DNA from: an uncultured Verrucomicrobiae bacterium | GTDB lineage: Bacteria; Verrucomicrobiota; Verrucomicrobiia; Chthoniobacterales; Chthoniobacteraceae | Reading direction: 5' to 3' | Length of the DNA stretch: 64,000 nt | NCBI GenBank assembly: GCA_963836755.1 | Contig: CAWIKF010000003.1 | Span: forward strand, 35,064-99,063 | Shown: positions 1-7,946 of the stretch, in pieces | Layout: the number at the start of each line of letters is the position of its first letter | Numbering within the stretch: position 1 is the first letter of the stretch | Notes under the pieces: model-generated | What the model was told of the DNA's origin: nothing | The model's database searches: none | The model's input: the letters and a program-made list of their open reading frames with translations, nothing else | Made by a program: the position numbers and the translations under genes

Positions 1-409
1 CCATCGCCGGCGTGAGCGCGATTTTTTCTCCTGCCACGATGCGGAACTTTTTCTCCGCGGAACCGAGAGCGTTTCGAGCGCGCAACGTCACGTCGTGCTC
101 GCCAGCTTTCGGTAGTTTGCCGGTGATTTGGCCCGTCGCCGCGTCAAGTTTCAAACCCGCCGGCAGCCCTTGCGCCAAAAATTTCATCGGCCGCTTTCCA
201 GTCGCCGGAATAGCGAAGAGAAAAGGCGAACCGGGCCGCGCGCCAAAGACCGACGGACCATTGATGCGCGGCGTTTCCGGCGCGGGCGGCGTGAGAATCT
301 CGCGTTGCGGAGGAGTCGCGGATTTCGCGGGAGTTGCCGGAGATTCGCCCAGCGTGGATCTGGTCGAAATCGACGCCAACGCGACGATCAACAACGACGA
401 ATATTTCAT
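1..409 (-). CDS. Alpha-galactosidase (GH27) with N-terminal Ig-like (He_PIG) domain; 5' part only, runs off the window
   Basis: Not in the ORF track. Manual translation from ATG 409 gives a signal peptide, then ILTPPAPETPRINGPSVFGARPGSPFLF...GLPAGLKLDAATGQITG...IALTPAM(G), the start of the GH27 LTPPMGWNSW motif. Confidence 0.8.
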   Translation of the reverse strand, partial: MKYSSLLIVALASISTRSTLGESPATPAKSATPPQREILTPPAPETPRINGPSVFGARPGSPFLFAIPATGKRPMKFLAQGLPAGLKLDAATGQITGKLPKAGEHDVTLRARNALGSAEKKFRIVAGEKIALTPAM

Positions 410-435
410 GGAGAAGACGCGGGAGGTTGCGATTT

Positions 436-1629
436 TCAAACGTGTCCACGCTCCACCAGCGTGTCGAGATTGAAGACGCGGCGTAGTCCGGTGCGCGTGT
501 TGCGAAAGACAATTTCATACCAGCCCTGCATTCGCTCGGGCGCATAAATTTCGCGCCCGACCTGCAGCGGTCGATGCTCGAGGATGCGGTGAATCACGCG
601 CTCATACGCACTGTGCGGCAGCGCGCGCGTGGAGCGGCGGTTCCAATCAATGACGCGACCTACATCATCGTAGGAAGGCGGCCTCTCCGGAAAATCGAGC
701 AGCGAACGCGCCCGCTCGTCGAAGACCGCGAAGATGTGCTCGACGCAATCACCATCAGTGACCGCGGCGATGTCGTTGAGGAACGGTAGGGCAATCTTGC
801 GGGCGATCTCACGCAGGCTCATCGTGCGTCCGTCGACCGTGAGCCAGTCGCGCGCATTCGGATCGGCCACGAATGGATTGCGTGGAAAACAATCGAACCG
901 CGCGAGGAATCCCTTGCGCGAGGTGTGCTTGCGCGGTCGAAAACCCGCGATGACAGGAATGCCTTTTTTTTTCAACTGCCCCACCTCATGCGACGGCCAG
1001 CGTAGCACGCCGAGGATCACGCCGATGGCAAGCGATGCCGCGGCGACCATGAGGTCAGGATCAGGCGTGAAATCGACCGTGACCTCGATGCGATCGCCGC
1101 GCGGCCGCACGCCGACGCCCGTGCTGAGCCGATTCGCGGCGAGAAGCATCACCGGCACATGTAAAACATATGTCAAAAGTCGTGCGAGCTGCCGAATCCC
1201 GCGCTCACTCAGCGCGCATTCCGCCGGCACCGAGACATTGAAATGCGTGGAAAATCCTTCGAGCCGCACGTGCGAATCTGCACGCGCTTCCCATGCATCG
1301 AGCTCGCTGCGAAGAAACGAAATTTGATCCCATAGCGAGCGGGCCGCACGGACGCAGCAGCCCGGCTCGATCTCGATGATCGGCGTGGCCACCTCGATGA
1401 CGCCGGTGTCGAAATAAATCGCGCCGCCGGATGGCATGTGAAACGAGCGGCCCGTCCGCGGAAGCATTCGAGCACGGACAATTTCCTGCGGATTTTTAAA
1501 TACCTGTTCGGGCCTCTGTTTCTGGTCGCGAACGAAAAGCGTAAATTCCGCTTCAAAGCCGACAACCGCCCGGCGCGGCTGAATGCCTGTCGAACTTTTT
1601 TCACCGCGGGCTTTGCCATTTTCCGCCAT
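436..1629 (-). CDS. PafA/Dop-like (glutamine synthetase-fold) carboxylate-amine ligase family protein
   Basis: Motifs in PafA/Dop order: RRAVVGFEAEF (cf. GIETEF), SGGAIYFDTGVIEVATP (cf. NGARLYLDVGSHPEYAT), STHFN (cf. GCHEN), RIEVTVD (cf. RLHVIVGD), LTVDGRTMSLREI (cf. LADGRxxSALxIQ). Confidence 0.65.
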   Translation of the reverse strand: MAENGKARGEKSSTGIQPRRAVVGFEAEFTLFVRDQKQRPEQVFKNPQEIVRARMLPRTGRSFHMPSGGAIYFDTGVIEVATPIIEIEPGCCVRAARSLWDQISFLRSELDAWEARADSHVRLEGFSTHFNVSVPAECALSERGIRQLARLLTYVLHVPVMLLAANRLSTGVGVRPRGDRIEVTVDFTPDPDLMVAAASLAIGVILGVLRWPSHEVGQLKKKGIPVIAGFRPRKHTSRKGFLARFDCFPRNPFVADPNARDWLTVDGRTMSLREIARKIALPFLNDIAAVTDGDCVEHIFAVFDERARSLLDFPERPPSYDDVGRVIDWNRRSTRALPHSAYERVIHRILEHRPLQVGREIYAPERMQGWYEIVFRNTRTGLRRVFNLDTLVERGHV

Positions 1630-1635
1630 GGCTTT

Positions 1636-2229
1636 TCAAAGCGCTTCGTCGCACTCGCGAGGCACGTAAATCACGTAACCGATATCGAGATGAAGGTGAT
1701 CGTCGGATTCGTCAGCGCCGTGACCAAAAGGCTTCGCCCGGATTTCGGGCGCGATTGATTCCGCCACACGCGCATATTTTTCAATGCTCTTTTCATCATC
1801 GAGAAACGTATCGCCGATGCGGTAGATGTTCGCCGCGGTCGCCCAAAGATGCAGGCTCCCTTCGCGCGAATGCGCGTGCGCCGGCGAGCGGTAGCCACCA
1901 TTCGTGGCGATGAAGACCGGCGCGTCAACTTTGTCCCGAAACGCCTGCAAGTAGTGCGCGAAAATCGAGACGGTGCACGGCACATAATGCGGAAAAGTGT
2001 TTAGCAACAGATCAGCCTCGCGCGAATCCACCGACATCATTTCCGCGAAAGTGAAATGGGCGCTGATCCGCAATTTCTTCGCATCTTCCCAAGTCGGGAT
2101 TTCATAGAAAAAACGCGGCAGCGCGTGTCTGCATCCCGTGCGATCGGCCAGTATCTCAGCGGGACGCAAAAGTTTTTGCGTCGCAGCATCGAGGGATCTT
2201 GCATCGACGATATTTGGCCTCTCAGTCAT
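1636..2229 (-). CDS. Peptidase M15-like (D-Ala-D-Ala peptidase/Hedgehog fold) protein
   Basis: ISAHFTFAE, GGYRSP, SLHLWATAAN (H-x6-D with N) and HLHLD motifs. Start moved to ATG 2229, which overlaps the upstream gene end (ATGACTGA). Confidence 0.7.
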   Translation of the reverse strand: MTERPNIVDARSLDAATQKLLRPAEILADRTGCRHALPRFFYEIPTWEDAKKLRISAHFTFAEMMSVDSREADLLLNTFPHYVPCTVSIFAHYLQAFRDKVDAPVFIATNGGYRSPAHAHSREGSLHLWATAANIYRIGDTFLDDEKSIEKYARVAESIAPEIRAKPFGHGADESDDHLHLDIGYVIYVPRECDEAL

Positions 2230-3064
2230 TTGTTTTACTTCCGACAATGAAATCAAAAATCGTTTTCGAAATTTTCGCAATTTGCGCGTGACGATTTTCC
2301 ACGTCCGTGGACATCTGCGTGAGAATCGTGAGGACGTAAGGCTTTCGTCCGACGGGAAAAATAATGCCTCCATCATGCGCAACCGTGGAGATTTCGCCGG
2401 TCTTGTGCGCGATGCGAGTCTCCTTCGGAAGACCCGCAGGGATCATGCTGTTAAACTCCTGCGCGTGCAAAATCTCCAGCATTTGCTCCCGCGTTTCTCT
2501 TCGCAAAAAACTCTCCTCACATAGCACGCGGAACAGGGTGGCAAACCCTTCCGCAGTGATTTCGTTGTTGATCCCCATTTCGAAAGCTTTGGTGTCCTCG
2601 ACGCCACGCACGAATTTGACGGCGTCGATTCCCGCCTTGCGCAACACGCTCTGAACCGTTTCCACGCCGAGATAATCGAGCAGCAGATTCGTCGCAAGAT
2701 TGCTGCTCCGCGTGATCATCACGCGCGCCAGCTCGCGCACGCGCAGCGCGCGCCCGATCCGTTTGTGAAGATCGACATCGCCATCGCGGCTGCCCGCCAC
2801 GCGGAAGATTGATCCATCCGCGAGGCTGTGGAATCGATTGCGAACGTGGAGCGTGTCGTCGAGCCGGATGCGGCCCTCCTCGGCCCTTTTGTAAACCGCG
2901 AGCAGCAATGGGACTTTGATTGTGCTCGCAGCGTGAAAATAGCGACCGCTCTCGTGTGAAAATTCGCGACCGGTTTCGTAGTCGTGAAAAGCAACGGCAA
3001 CGGCGTCAAATTTCGCGTCAGCGGCGATTTGCAAAATTTGCTCCAACAGCGCTCGATCGGCCAT
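2222..3064 (-). CDS. Serine hydrolase, class A beta-lactamase-like, no signal peptide
   Basis: FHAASTIK (SxxK), SSN (SxN) and AHKTG (KTG) motifs. Confidence 0.85.
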   Translation of the reverse strand: MADRALLEQILQIAADAKFDAVAVAFHDYETGREFSHESGRYFHAASTIKVPLLLAVYKRAEEGRIRLDDTLHVRNRFHSLADGSIFRVAGSRDGDVDLHKRIGRALRVRELARVMITRSSNLATNLLLDYLGVETVQSVLRKAGIDAVKFVRGVEDTKAFEMGINNEITAEGFATLFRVLCEESFLRRETREQMLEILHAQEFNSMIPAGLPKETRIAHKTGEISTVAHDGGIIFPVGRKPYVLTILTQMSTDVENRHAQIAKISKTIFDFIVGSKTND

Positions 3065-3067
3065 GCA

Positions 3068-3565
3068 TCAGCCCTCCCGCTGGATCGCGAGCAGCTTTTC
3101 ATAGAGCGCGCCGAGCGATTCGGCCATCACCCGCGTGCCCGCGAGCACGGGCATGAAATTGGTGTCGCCCGCCCAGCGGGGAACGATGTGCAGGTGCAAA
3201 TGATCGGCAAAGCCTGCTCCAGCGCATTCACCGATATTTAACCCGATGTTAAATCCCTGCGCATTCGCGATTTTCCGCAGAAGCTTTTGTGCGTGGGCCG
3301 CCAGCTCCCACAGCTCGAGCTGCTCGCGCTCCGTCAGCTCAGCGACGTCGGCCACTTTGCGGTAAGGGACCGCCATCATGTGGCCGACGGCGTATGGAAA
3401 ACGGTTCAGGATCAAAAACGCATTGCGGCGGCGGGCGACGACGAGATGCGCCGCGTCATCCGATGCTTGCGCGGCGTCTGTCAAAAAATTGCGAGACTTG
3501 TCGATTGAAAAATATTCAACCCGCCAAGGCGCCCAAAGTGCTTCAAGATCGTCTGGAAAGCTCAT
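3068..3565 (-). CDS. HIT domain protein (Ap4A hydrolase/phosphorylase-like)
   Basis: LWAPWR, LNRFPYAVGH, GFNIGLN and HLHLHIVPRW histidine triad. Confidence 0.9.
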   Translation of the reverse strand: MSFPDDLEALWAPWRVEYFSIDKSRNFLTDAAQASDDAAHLVVARRRNAFLILNRFPYAVGHMMAVPYRKVADVAELTEREQLELWELAAHAQKLLRKIANAQGFNIGLNIGECAGAGFADHLHLHIVPRWAGDTNFMPVLAGTRVMAESLGALYEKLLAIQREG

Positions 3566-5043
3566 GGCTCCTTGTTTCGCACAATCAGGTAGTAACGGCT
3601 GCTTTTATTGACCGCCGGTCCTGTTTCATCGGCGAGGAACCACGGGCGCAGCGCCGCGGCGTCGCTTTTGAAATCCGATCCATTCAGGACCAGCGCATCG
3701 ATCTTTCCACTTGTCCACGCACTAGCGGCGTGGCGGAGCTTCAGGAATTCCAGCTGCTGCAGGTAAAGCAGCATCCCCTCGTCTTTGCTCGACGCGATGG
3801 CGTAGTGCAGATCGTTTTTCGCTGCATATTCGCGAACGCGGGCGCCAAATGCGGCCAGCGCGCCGTCTCGATCGCGATAGGCATTGACAACATTGAACAA
3901 CGTGTAGCCGCCGCTACACACGACAGCCAAAGCGAGTGAAATCGGCACTACGCGGCTCACCCGCAAGCCGTTGATTTGAAGTTCGCGCACAAAATGGACG
4001 AGCAACAAACAGAGCGGCGGCACGATCGGAAAAATCCGGTCGGGGCGCTTGGACGGAACCAGTGACATGAACATAAGACCGCCGAGACTCCAGCAAATGA
4101 GCCATAGCGCTGCGCGATCGTCAGCAAACCCGCACCGCACCTTGCGAATGAAAGGCAGCGCGAGCAGGAGCAGGCTCCACGGCGCAAAATCACGCAGCAA
4201 ATGCGTCACATAAAAATAGATCGGCTGGTTTTTATGCACCGCTTGTTCGCCCACTGTAAAACGCCCGAGAAATTCCTTGAGGACGACCTGATTGTAAAAT
4301 TCGTCATTGCGCCAGATGCCAATCCCCGCCCACGCGAGAAACAACAACAACGGCCCAAACCAGCTCCACCAGCCGCTCCAGGCGTTGTCCGGCATGCGCC
4401 GTCTTTTGCAAAGAAGCCAAAATGCGGCCAGTCCAGGCAACAAGAAGGCGTAAGCGATCGGGCCTTTCGTCATCATCGATCCCAGCACGAGCGCGAAAAC
4501 CATCCACCGCTCACGACTGGTCCATGGGGCCGCAGTTTTCACTTTTTCGTAAACGAGATGACCCGTCAGAAAAATGAACAACGTCAGCAGCATGTCGGTT
4601 CGCACCAATGTCGCGAGCCGTGGCGCCATCAGGTTCAGACCGAAAACGCCGGCCGCGAGCAGCCCGCCCGTTTGCGGCAGCAGACGATCTCCGGCAAGAA
4701 TGAGAACTAACAAAATAGCCAGGGCGCTCAGCAGCGAGGGGAGACGCCACGCGGCATTCCAGGAATGCGTGGAATAGAAAATCACCGCCGAAATGAAACC
4801 TGCGAGAGGAGGCTTGGTCGCGACCCCTTGCGTCGGGGTGTGCTGAAACCACCAGTGACCCAATGTTACCATCTCAAAAGAAGTGTATGCCTGTTTTGCC
4901 TGATCAAAGTTATCGAGATGCCACGGCAGGTCGCGGACGCAAAACTGCAGGATGATGAACGCGAAAAGCGCTGCTCTCTGCCATGCAAAACATGAACTGG
5001 AAGATGGCATATGGATCTCCGTCGTCGCTCGCGGATTAAGCAA
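3562..5043 (-). CDS. ArnT/PMT-family (GT-C) membrane glycosyltransferase
   Basis: Polytopic; KPPL, RLPS, RTDMLL, MTKGP and SKRPDRIFP motifs. True start may be the ATG at 5010. Confidence 0.8.
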   Translation of the reverse strand: MLNPRATTEIHMPSSSSCFAWQRAALFAFIILQFCVRDLPWHLDNFDQAKQAYTSFEMVTLGHWWFQHTPTQGVATKPPLAGFISAVIFYSTHSWNAAWRLPSLLSALAILLVLILAGDRLLPQTGGLLAAGVFGLNLMAPRLATLVRTDMLLTLFIFLTGHLVYEKVKTAAPWTSRERWMVFALVLGSMMTKGPIAYAFLLPGLAAFWLLCKRRRMPDNAWSGWWSWFGPLLLFLAWAGIGIWRNDEFYNQVVLKEFLGRFTVGEQAVHKNQPIYFYVTHLLRDFAPWSLLLLALPFIRKVRCGFADDRAALWLICWSLGGLMFMSLVPSKRPDRIFPIVPPLCLLLVHFVRELQINGLRVSRVVPISLALAVVCSGGYTLFNVVNAYRDRDGALAAFGARVREYAAKNDLHYAIASSKDEGMLLYLQQLEFLKLRHAASAWTSGKIDALVLNGSDFKSDAAALRPWFLADETGPAVNKSSRYYLIVRNKEP

Positions 5044-6166
5044 CGGCCGGGCTTCTCAGCTCACGCAATATTGCGTCGGCCGCGCGTGCGCTAGCGCCCG
5101 ACATGCCGAGGAGCGCGATCACATTGCCGAGATTTTTCACCTGTCGGTCACGCGCGTCGGCATCGTCTATCAACCGAAGCACCTCCAGCGCGATTGACTC
5201 CGGGGCCGCTTCTTCCTGCAAAAATTCACGAACAATTTCTCGTCCCGCGAGAAGATTTGGCATGCCGAGCCATGGAACCTGCACCAGCCTGCGCCCTAGA
5301 AAAAACGTGAGCCACGCCGTGCGATACATCAGAACGAATGGCAGCCGGAAAAACGCCGCCTCCATCGTAGCCGTGCCGGAAGCGACCATACCCGCGCTCG
5401 CTCGCTGCATCAGCTGGTGCGAAGCGTTGGTTTCGATCTTGCAAGAGACTTGCGAAAACTTTGCCGCGATATTTTGCATCAGTTCACGCATAGCGTCTGA
5501 CGCCGCTGCTGCCTCGAAGCACAAGCCGCGCTTTTTACGCTGCAGCGCGTCCGCGGCTGCAAGCATGACCGGAAAAATCCTCTCGATCTCACGCTTGCGA
5601 CTGCCGGGGAAAAGCCCCACCAGTGAGTTTTCGCGCGCCTTGCCGGTCAATTTCAAAGCAAGTGAATCGAGAATCGGATGGCCGACAAAAACCGTTTTCA
5701 ATCCCGATTTTTCGTAGAGCGTTTTTTCGAAAGGAAAAATACACATCATCAAATCTACCGTCCGTGCCATTTTGGGAATGCGGCTTCGATGCCATGCCCA
5801 AACCTGTGGGCTAATGTAATAAATGATTCTCGGCGCGTTCGTTTGCTTTTTTAGCGCTGCGGCTACGCGCAGATTGAAACCGGGATAGTCGATGAGCACA
5901 ACCGCCGCGGGTCGCAGCCGCGCGATTTCCGAAAGCGCTTCCTCAAACTGTTTTCTAAACCACGTATAACTTTTGACGACGTCGATGATTCCAAGCACGC
6001 CGGCGCGCTCGCTCCAGTCATGAAAGCTCGCGTCTGCGAGCGCTCGCATCTGCGGGCCGCCACGCCCAAAGTATTCCAGGTGCGGCTCGCGCTCGCGCAG
6101 ACTGCGCATGAGCTCGGCACCGCGGGCATCGCCGCTTGCTTCGCCGGCGATGAAGTAAAGTTTCAT
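5036..6166 (-). CDS. lpxB: Lipid-A-disaccharide synthase
   Basis: IAGEASGD, IDYPGFN, YYISPQVWAW, FVGHP, FPGSR and SGTATME motifs. Confidence 0.95.
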   Translation of the reverse strand: MKLYFIAGEASGDARGAELMRSLREREPHLEYFGRGGPQMRALADASFHDWSERAGVLGIIDVVKSYTWFRKQFEEALSEIARLRPAAVVLIDYPGFNLRVAAALKKQTNAPRIIYYISPQVWAWHRSRIPKMARTVDLMMCIFPFEKTLYEKSGLKTVFVGHPILDSLALKLTGKARENSLVGLFPGSRKREIERIFPVMLAAADALQRKKRGLCFEAAAASDAMRELMQNIAAKFSQVSCKIETNASHQLMQRASAGMVASGTATMEAAFFRLPFVLMYRTAWLTFFLGRRLVQVPWLGMPNLLAGREIVREFLQEEAAPESIALEVLRLIDDADARDRQVKNLGNVIALLGMSGASARAADAILRELRSPAVA

Positions 6167-7089
6167 CGCACGTTTTGCGCCTCAATCTGCTTCGTGATTT
6201 CGAGCGCAAGTTCGAGCGCCGCCGTCGCCTGACGGCCTGTGACCTTCGGCTGCAACCCGGCGCGGCTGCACTCGACAAAGGATTCCAATTCGCGCTTGAG
6301 CGGTTCGTCTTTTTCGATTTCCACGGTCTCCCGAACGATGCCAATCCCGTCGCGGCGATACATTTCGCCGGTCTGGTTTTGATAATCGAGCGAAAGGTAT
6401 GCGTCCTCTTGAAAAACGCGGATCTTGCGCATTTTTTCCGGACTGATGCGGCTCACCGTGATGTTCGCGACGCAACCATTTTCAAAACGAATCCGTGCGT
6501 TCGCGATGTCCTCGCCGCGGCTCAGCACGGGCACTCCCACGGCATCGACGTTTTTCACCGGCGACCGGACGAGATGCAGAACAATCTCCAGATCATGAAT
6601 CATCAGGTCGAGCACAACGCCGATTTCCGTGCTGCGATTTGGATACGGCGAAAGCCGGTGCGACTCGATGAAACGCGGGCGCGTGAGGCGCTGCTCGAGC
6701 GCGCTCAAGACAGGGTTGAAACGCTCGACGTGCCCGACCTGGATGATCACTCCGCGAGCCTGCGCGAGTTGCGCGAGCTCACGCGCATGCGCGGTATTTT
6801 CCGTGATCGGTTTTTCGATGAGCACATGTTTCCCCCGCTCCAGGAGCAGTTTCGCGACTTCAAAATGCGTTGGTGTCGGCGTTGCAATCGTCGCGGCATC
6901 CACGAGCTCCGCGAATCCTTCGAGCGAAGCGGTCGCGCGCGTTTGGTAAAGTTCCGCGATCTGCTGCGCATTTCCCGTGTCCACATCGTAAACGGCGGCA
7001 AATTCCGTGTCGGGAATTTGCGCCGCAATGCGCGCGTGATTTTTGCCGATGTGGCCGAGGCCGACGATTCCGATTCTGAATTTATTCAT
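6163..7089 (-). CDS. Gfo/Idh/MocA oxidoreductase, GnnA-like (putative UDP-GlcNAc 3-dehydrogenase)
   Basis: GLGHIG, EKP, VGHVERFNP and DLMIHD motifs; sits between lpxI and lpxB with 4-bp overlaps on both sides. Confidence 0.8.
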   Translation of the reverse strand: MNKFRIGIVGLGHIGKNHARIAAQIPDTEFAAVYDVDTGNAQQIAELYQTRATASLEGFAELVDAATIATPTPTHFEVAKLLLERGKHVLIEKPITENTAHARELAQLAQARGVIIQVGHVERFNPVLSALEQRLTRPRFIESHRLSPYPNRSTEIGVVLDLMIHDLEIVLHLVRSPVKNVDAVGVPVLSRGEDIANARIRFENGCVANITVSRISPEKMRKIRVFQEDAYLSLDYQNQTGEMYRRDGIGIVRETVEIEKDEPLKRELESFVECSRAGLQPKVTGRQATAALELALEITKQIEAQNVR

Positions 7090-7895
7090 GAAGAATGGCC
7101 AAAGATCGAGATTCCATGCCGCTCGGCGAGCGCTTCGACTTTTTCTGGTTCCAGCAAAAGGGTTTTTCCAGCTTCGATCGCGAGCACACGGATGCGGGCG
7201 CTGTGCGCTGTCTCGAGAGTTTGGGTGCCGACGACCGGCACGTCAAAACGGAAGTCCTGCTTCGGCTTCGCCACTTTGACGACGACCGCATCTTTGCGTC
7301 CAAGCGCGCCGCCGCGCTTCATCGCTTCATTCGTTCCCTCGAAGCCTTCGACCGCGAGCACGGTTCCGTTTTTGACGACGACCGTTTGGCCAATGTCGAG
7401 GCGACTGACCTCTTTTGCGATTGTAAAACCGAAGTCGACATCCTGTTTTTCACGCCGATTCAACCGCGGGCCCGCGATATGCCCGGCGGGAGCGAGGTCA
7501 TTCTCCATGTAAGTTATCGCGGAGATCAGCTCCACGCCTGCCTTCGCGAGCTCATCCGCGATTGCGCCGAAGATGGTTTCGGCGTTGCGAGTTTTCAGTT
7601 TCCCGAGCAAAAGGAGCGCCTTCAGATCGGGACGCAAGTCGAACAAATTCCCGGGAGCGATCTGGCCGGCCATCACCGCCTGTCGCACGCCACTGTTTTT
7701 TAAAAATGAAATCATGCGGCCGAGCTGACCCACGCGCATCCATTCCATCGTCTCCACCAGCGGCTGCAGCTTTGCATCAGTTTCGTTTTGAAATGCGGCG
7801 ACGACTATCCGCTGCACGCCCGCGGCACGCGCGCCGCGGACCATTTCGCGCGGATACGAGCCGTTGCCTGCGATGATTCCGAGGGTTGTTTCCAA
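7086..7895 (-). CDS. lpxI: UDP-2,3-diacylglucosamine diphosphatase LpxI
   Basis: LGIIAGNG, LDIGQTVVV, AVEGFEGT and KPKQDFRFDVPVVG motifs. TTG start at 7895 is inferred; the longer ORF is an overlap with the photolyase. Confidence 0.9.
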   Translation of the reverse strand: METTLGIIAGNGSYPREMVRGARAAGVQRIVVAAFQNETDAKLQPLVETMEWMRVGQLGRMISFLKNSGVRQAVMAGQIAPGNLFDLRPDLKALLLLGKLKTRNAETIFGAIADELAKAGVELISAITYMENDLAPAGHIAGPRLNRREKQDVDFGFTIAKEVSRLDIGQTVVVKNGTVLAVEGFEGTNEAMKRGGALGRKDAVVVKVAKPKQDFRFDVPVVGTQTLETAHSARIRVLAIEAGKTLLLEPEKVEALAERHGISIFGHSS

Positions 7896-7946
7896 GCGTT
7901 TTATTTTAGAAAAGGATGAGCCGATTGACAGAATTTTGCCGCGACG

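Noticed and set aside
436..1629. Complete Pup/UBact-proteasome system
   Set aside because: No modifier, proteasome or ATPase genes are in the window.
2222..3064. Antibiotic-resistance beta-lactamase
   Set aside because: No signal peptide and no mobile context; only the fold motifs are supported.
6175..7512. Long antisense or alternate-frame ORFs (also 28613-30088, 31463-32464, 62450-63466)
   Set aside because: Typical GC-rich shadow ORFs over recognisable genes, with no motifs.
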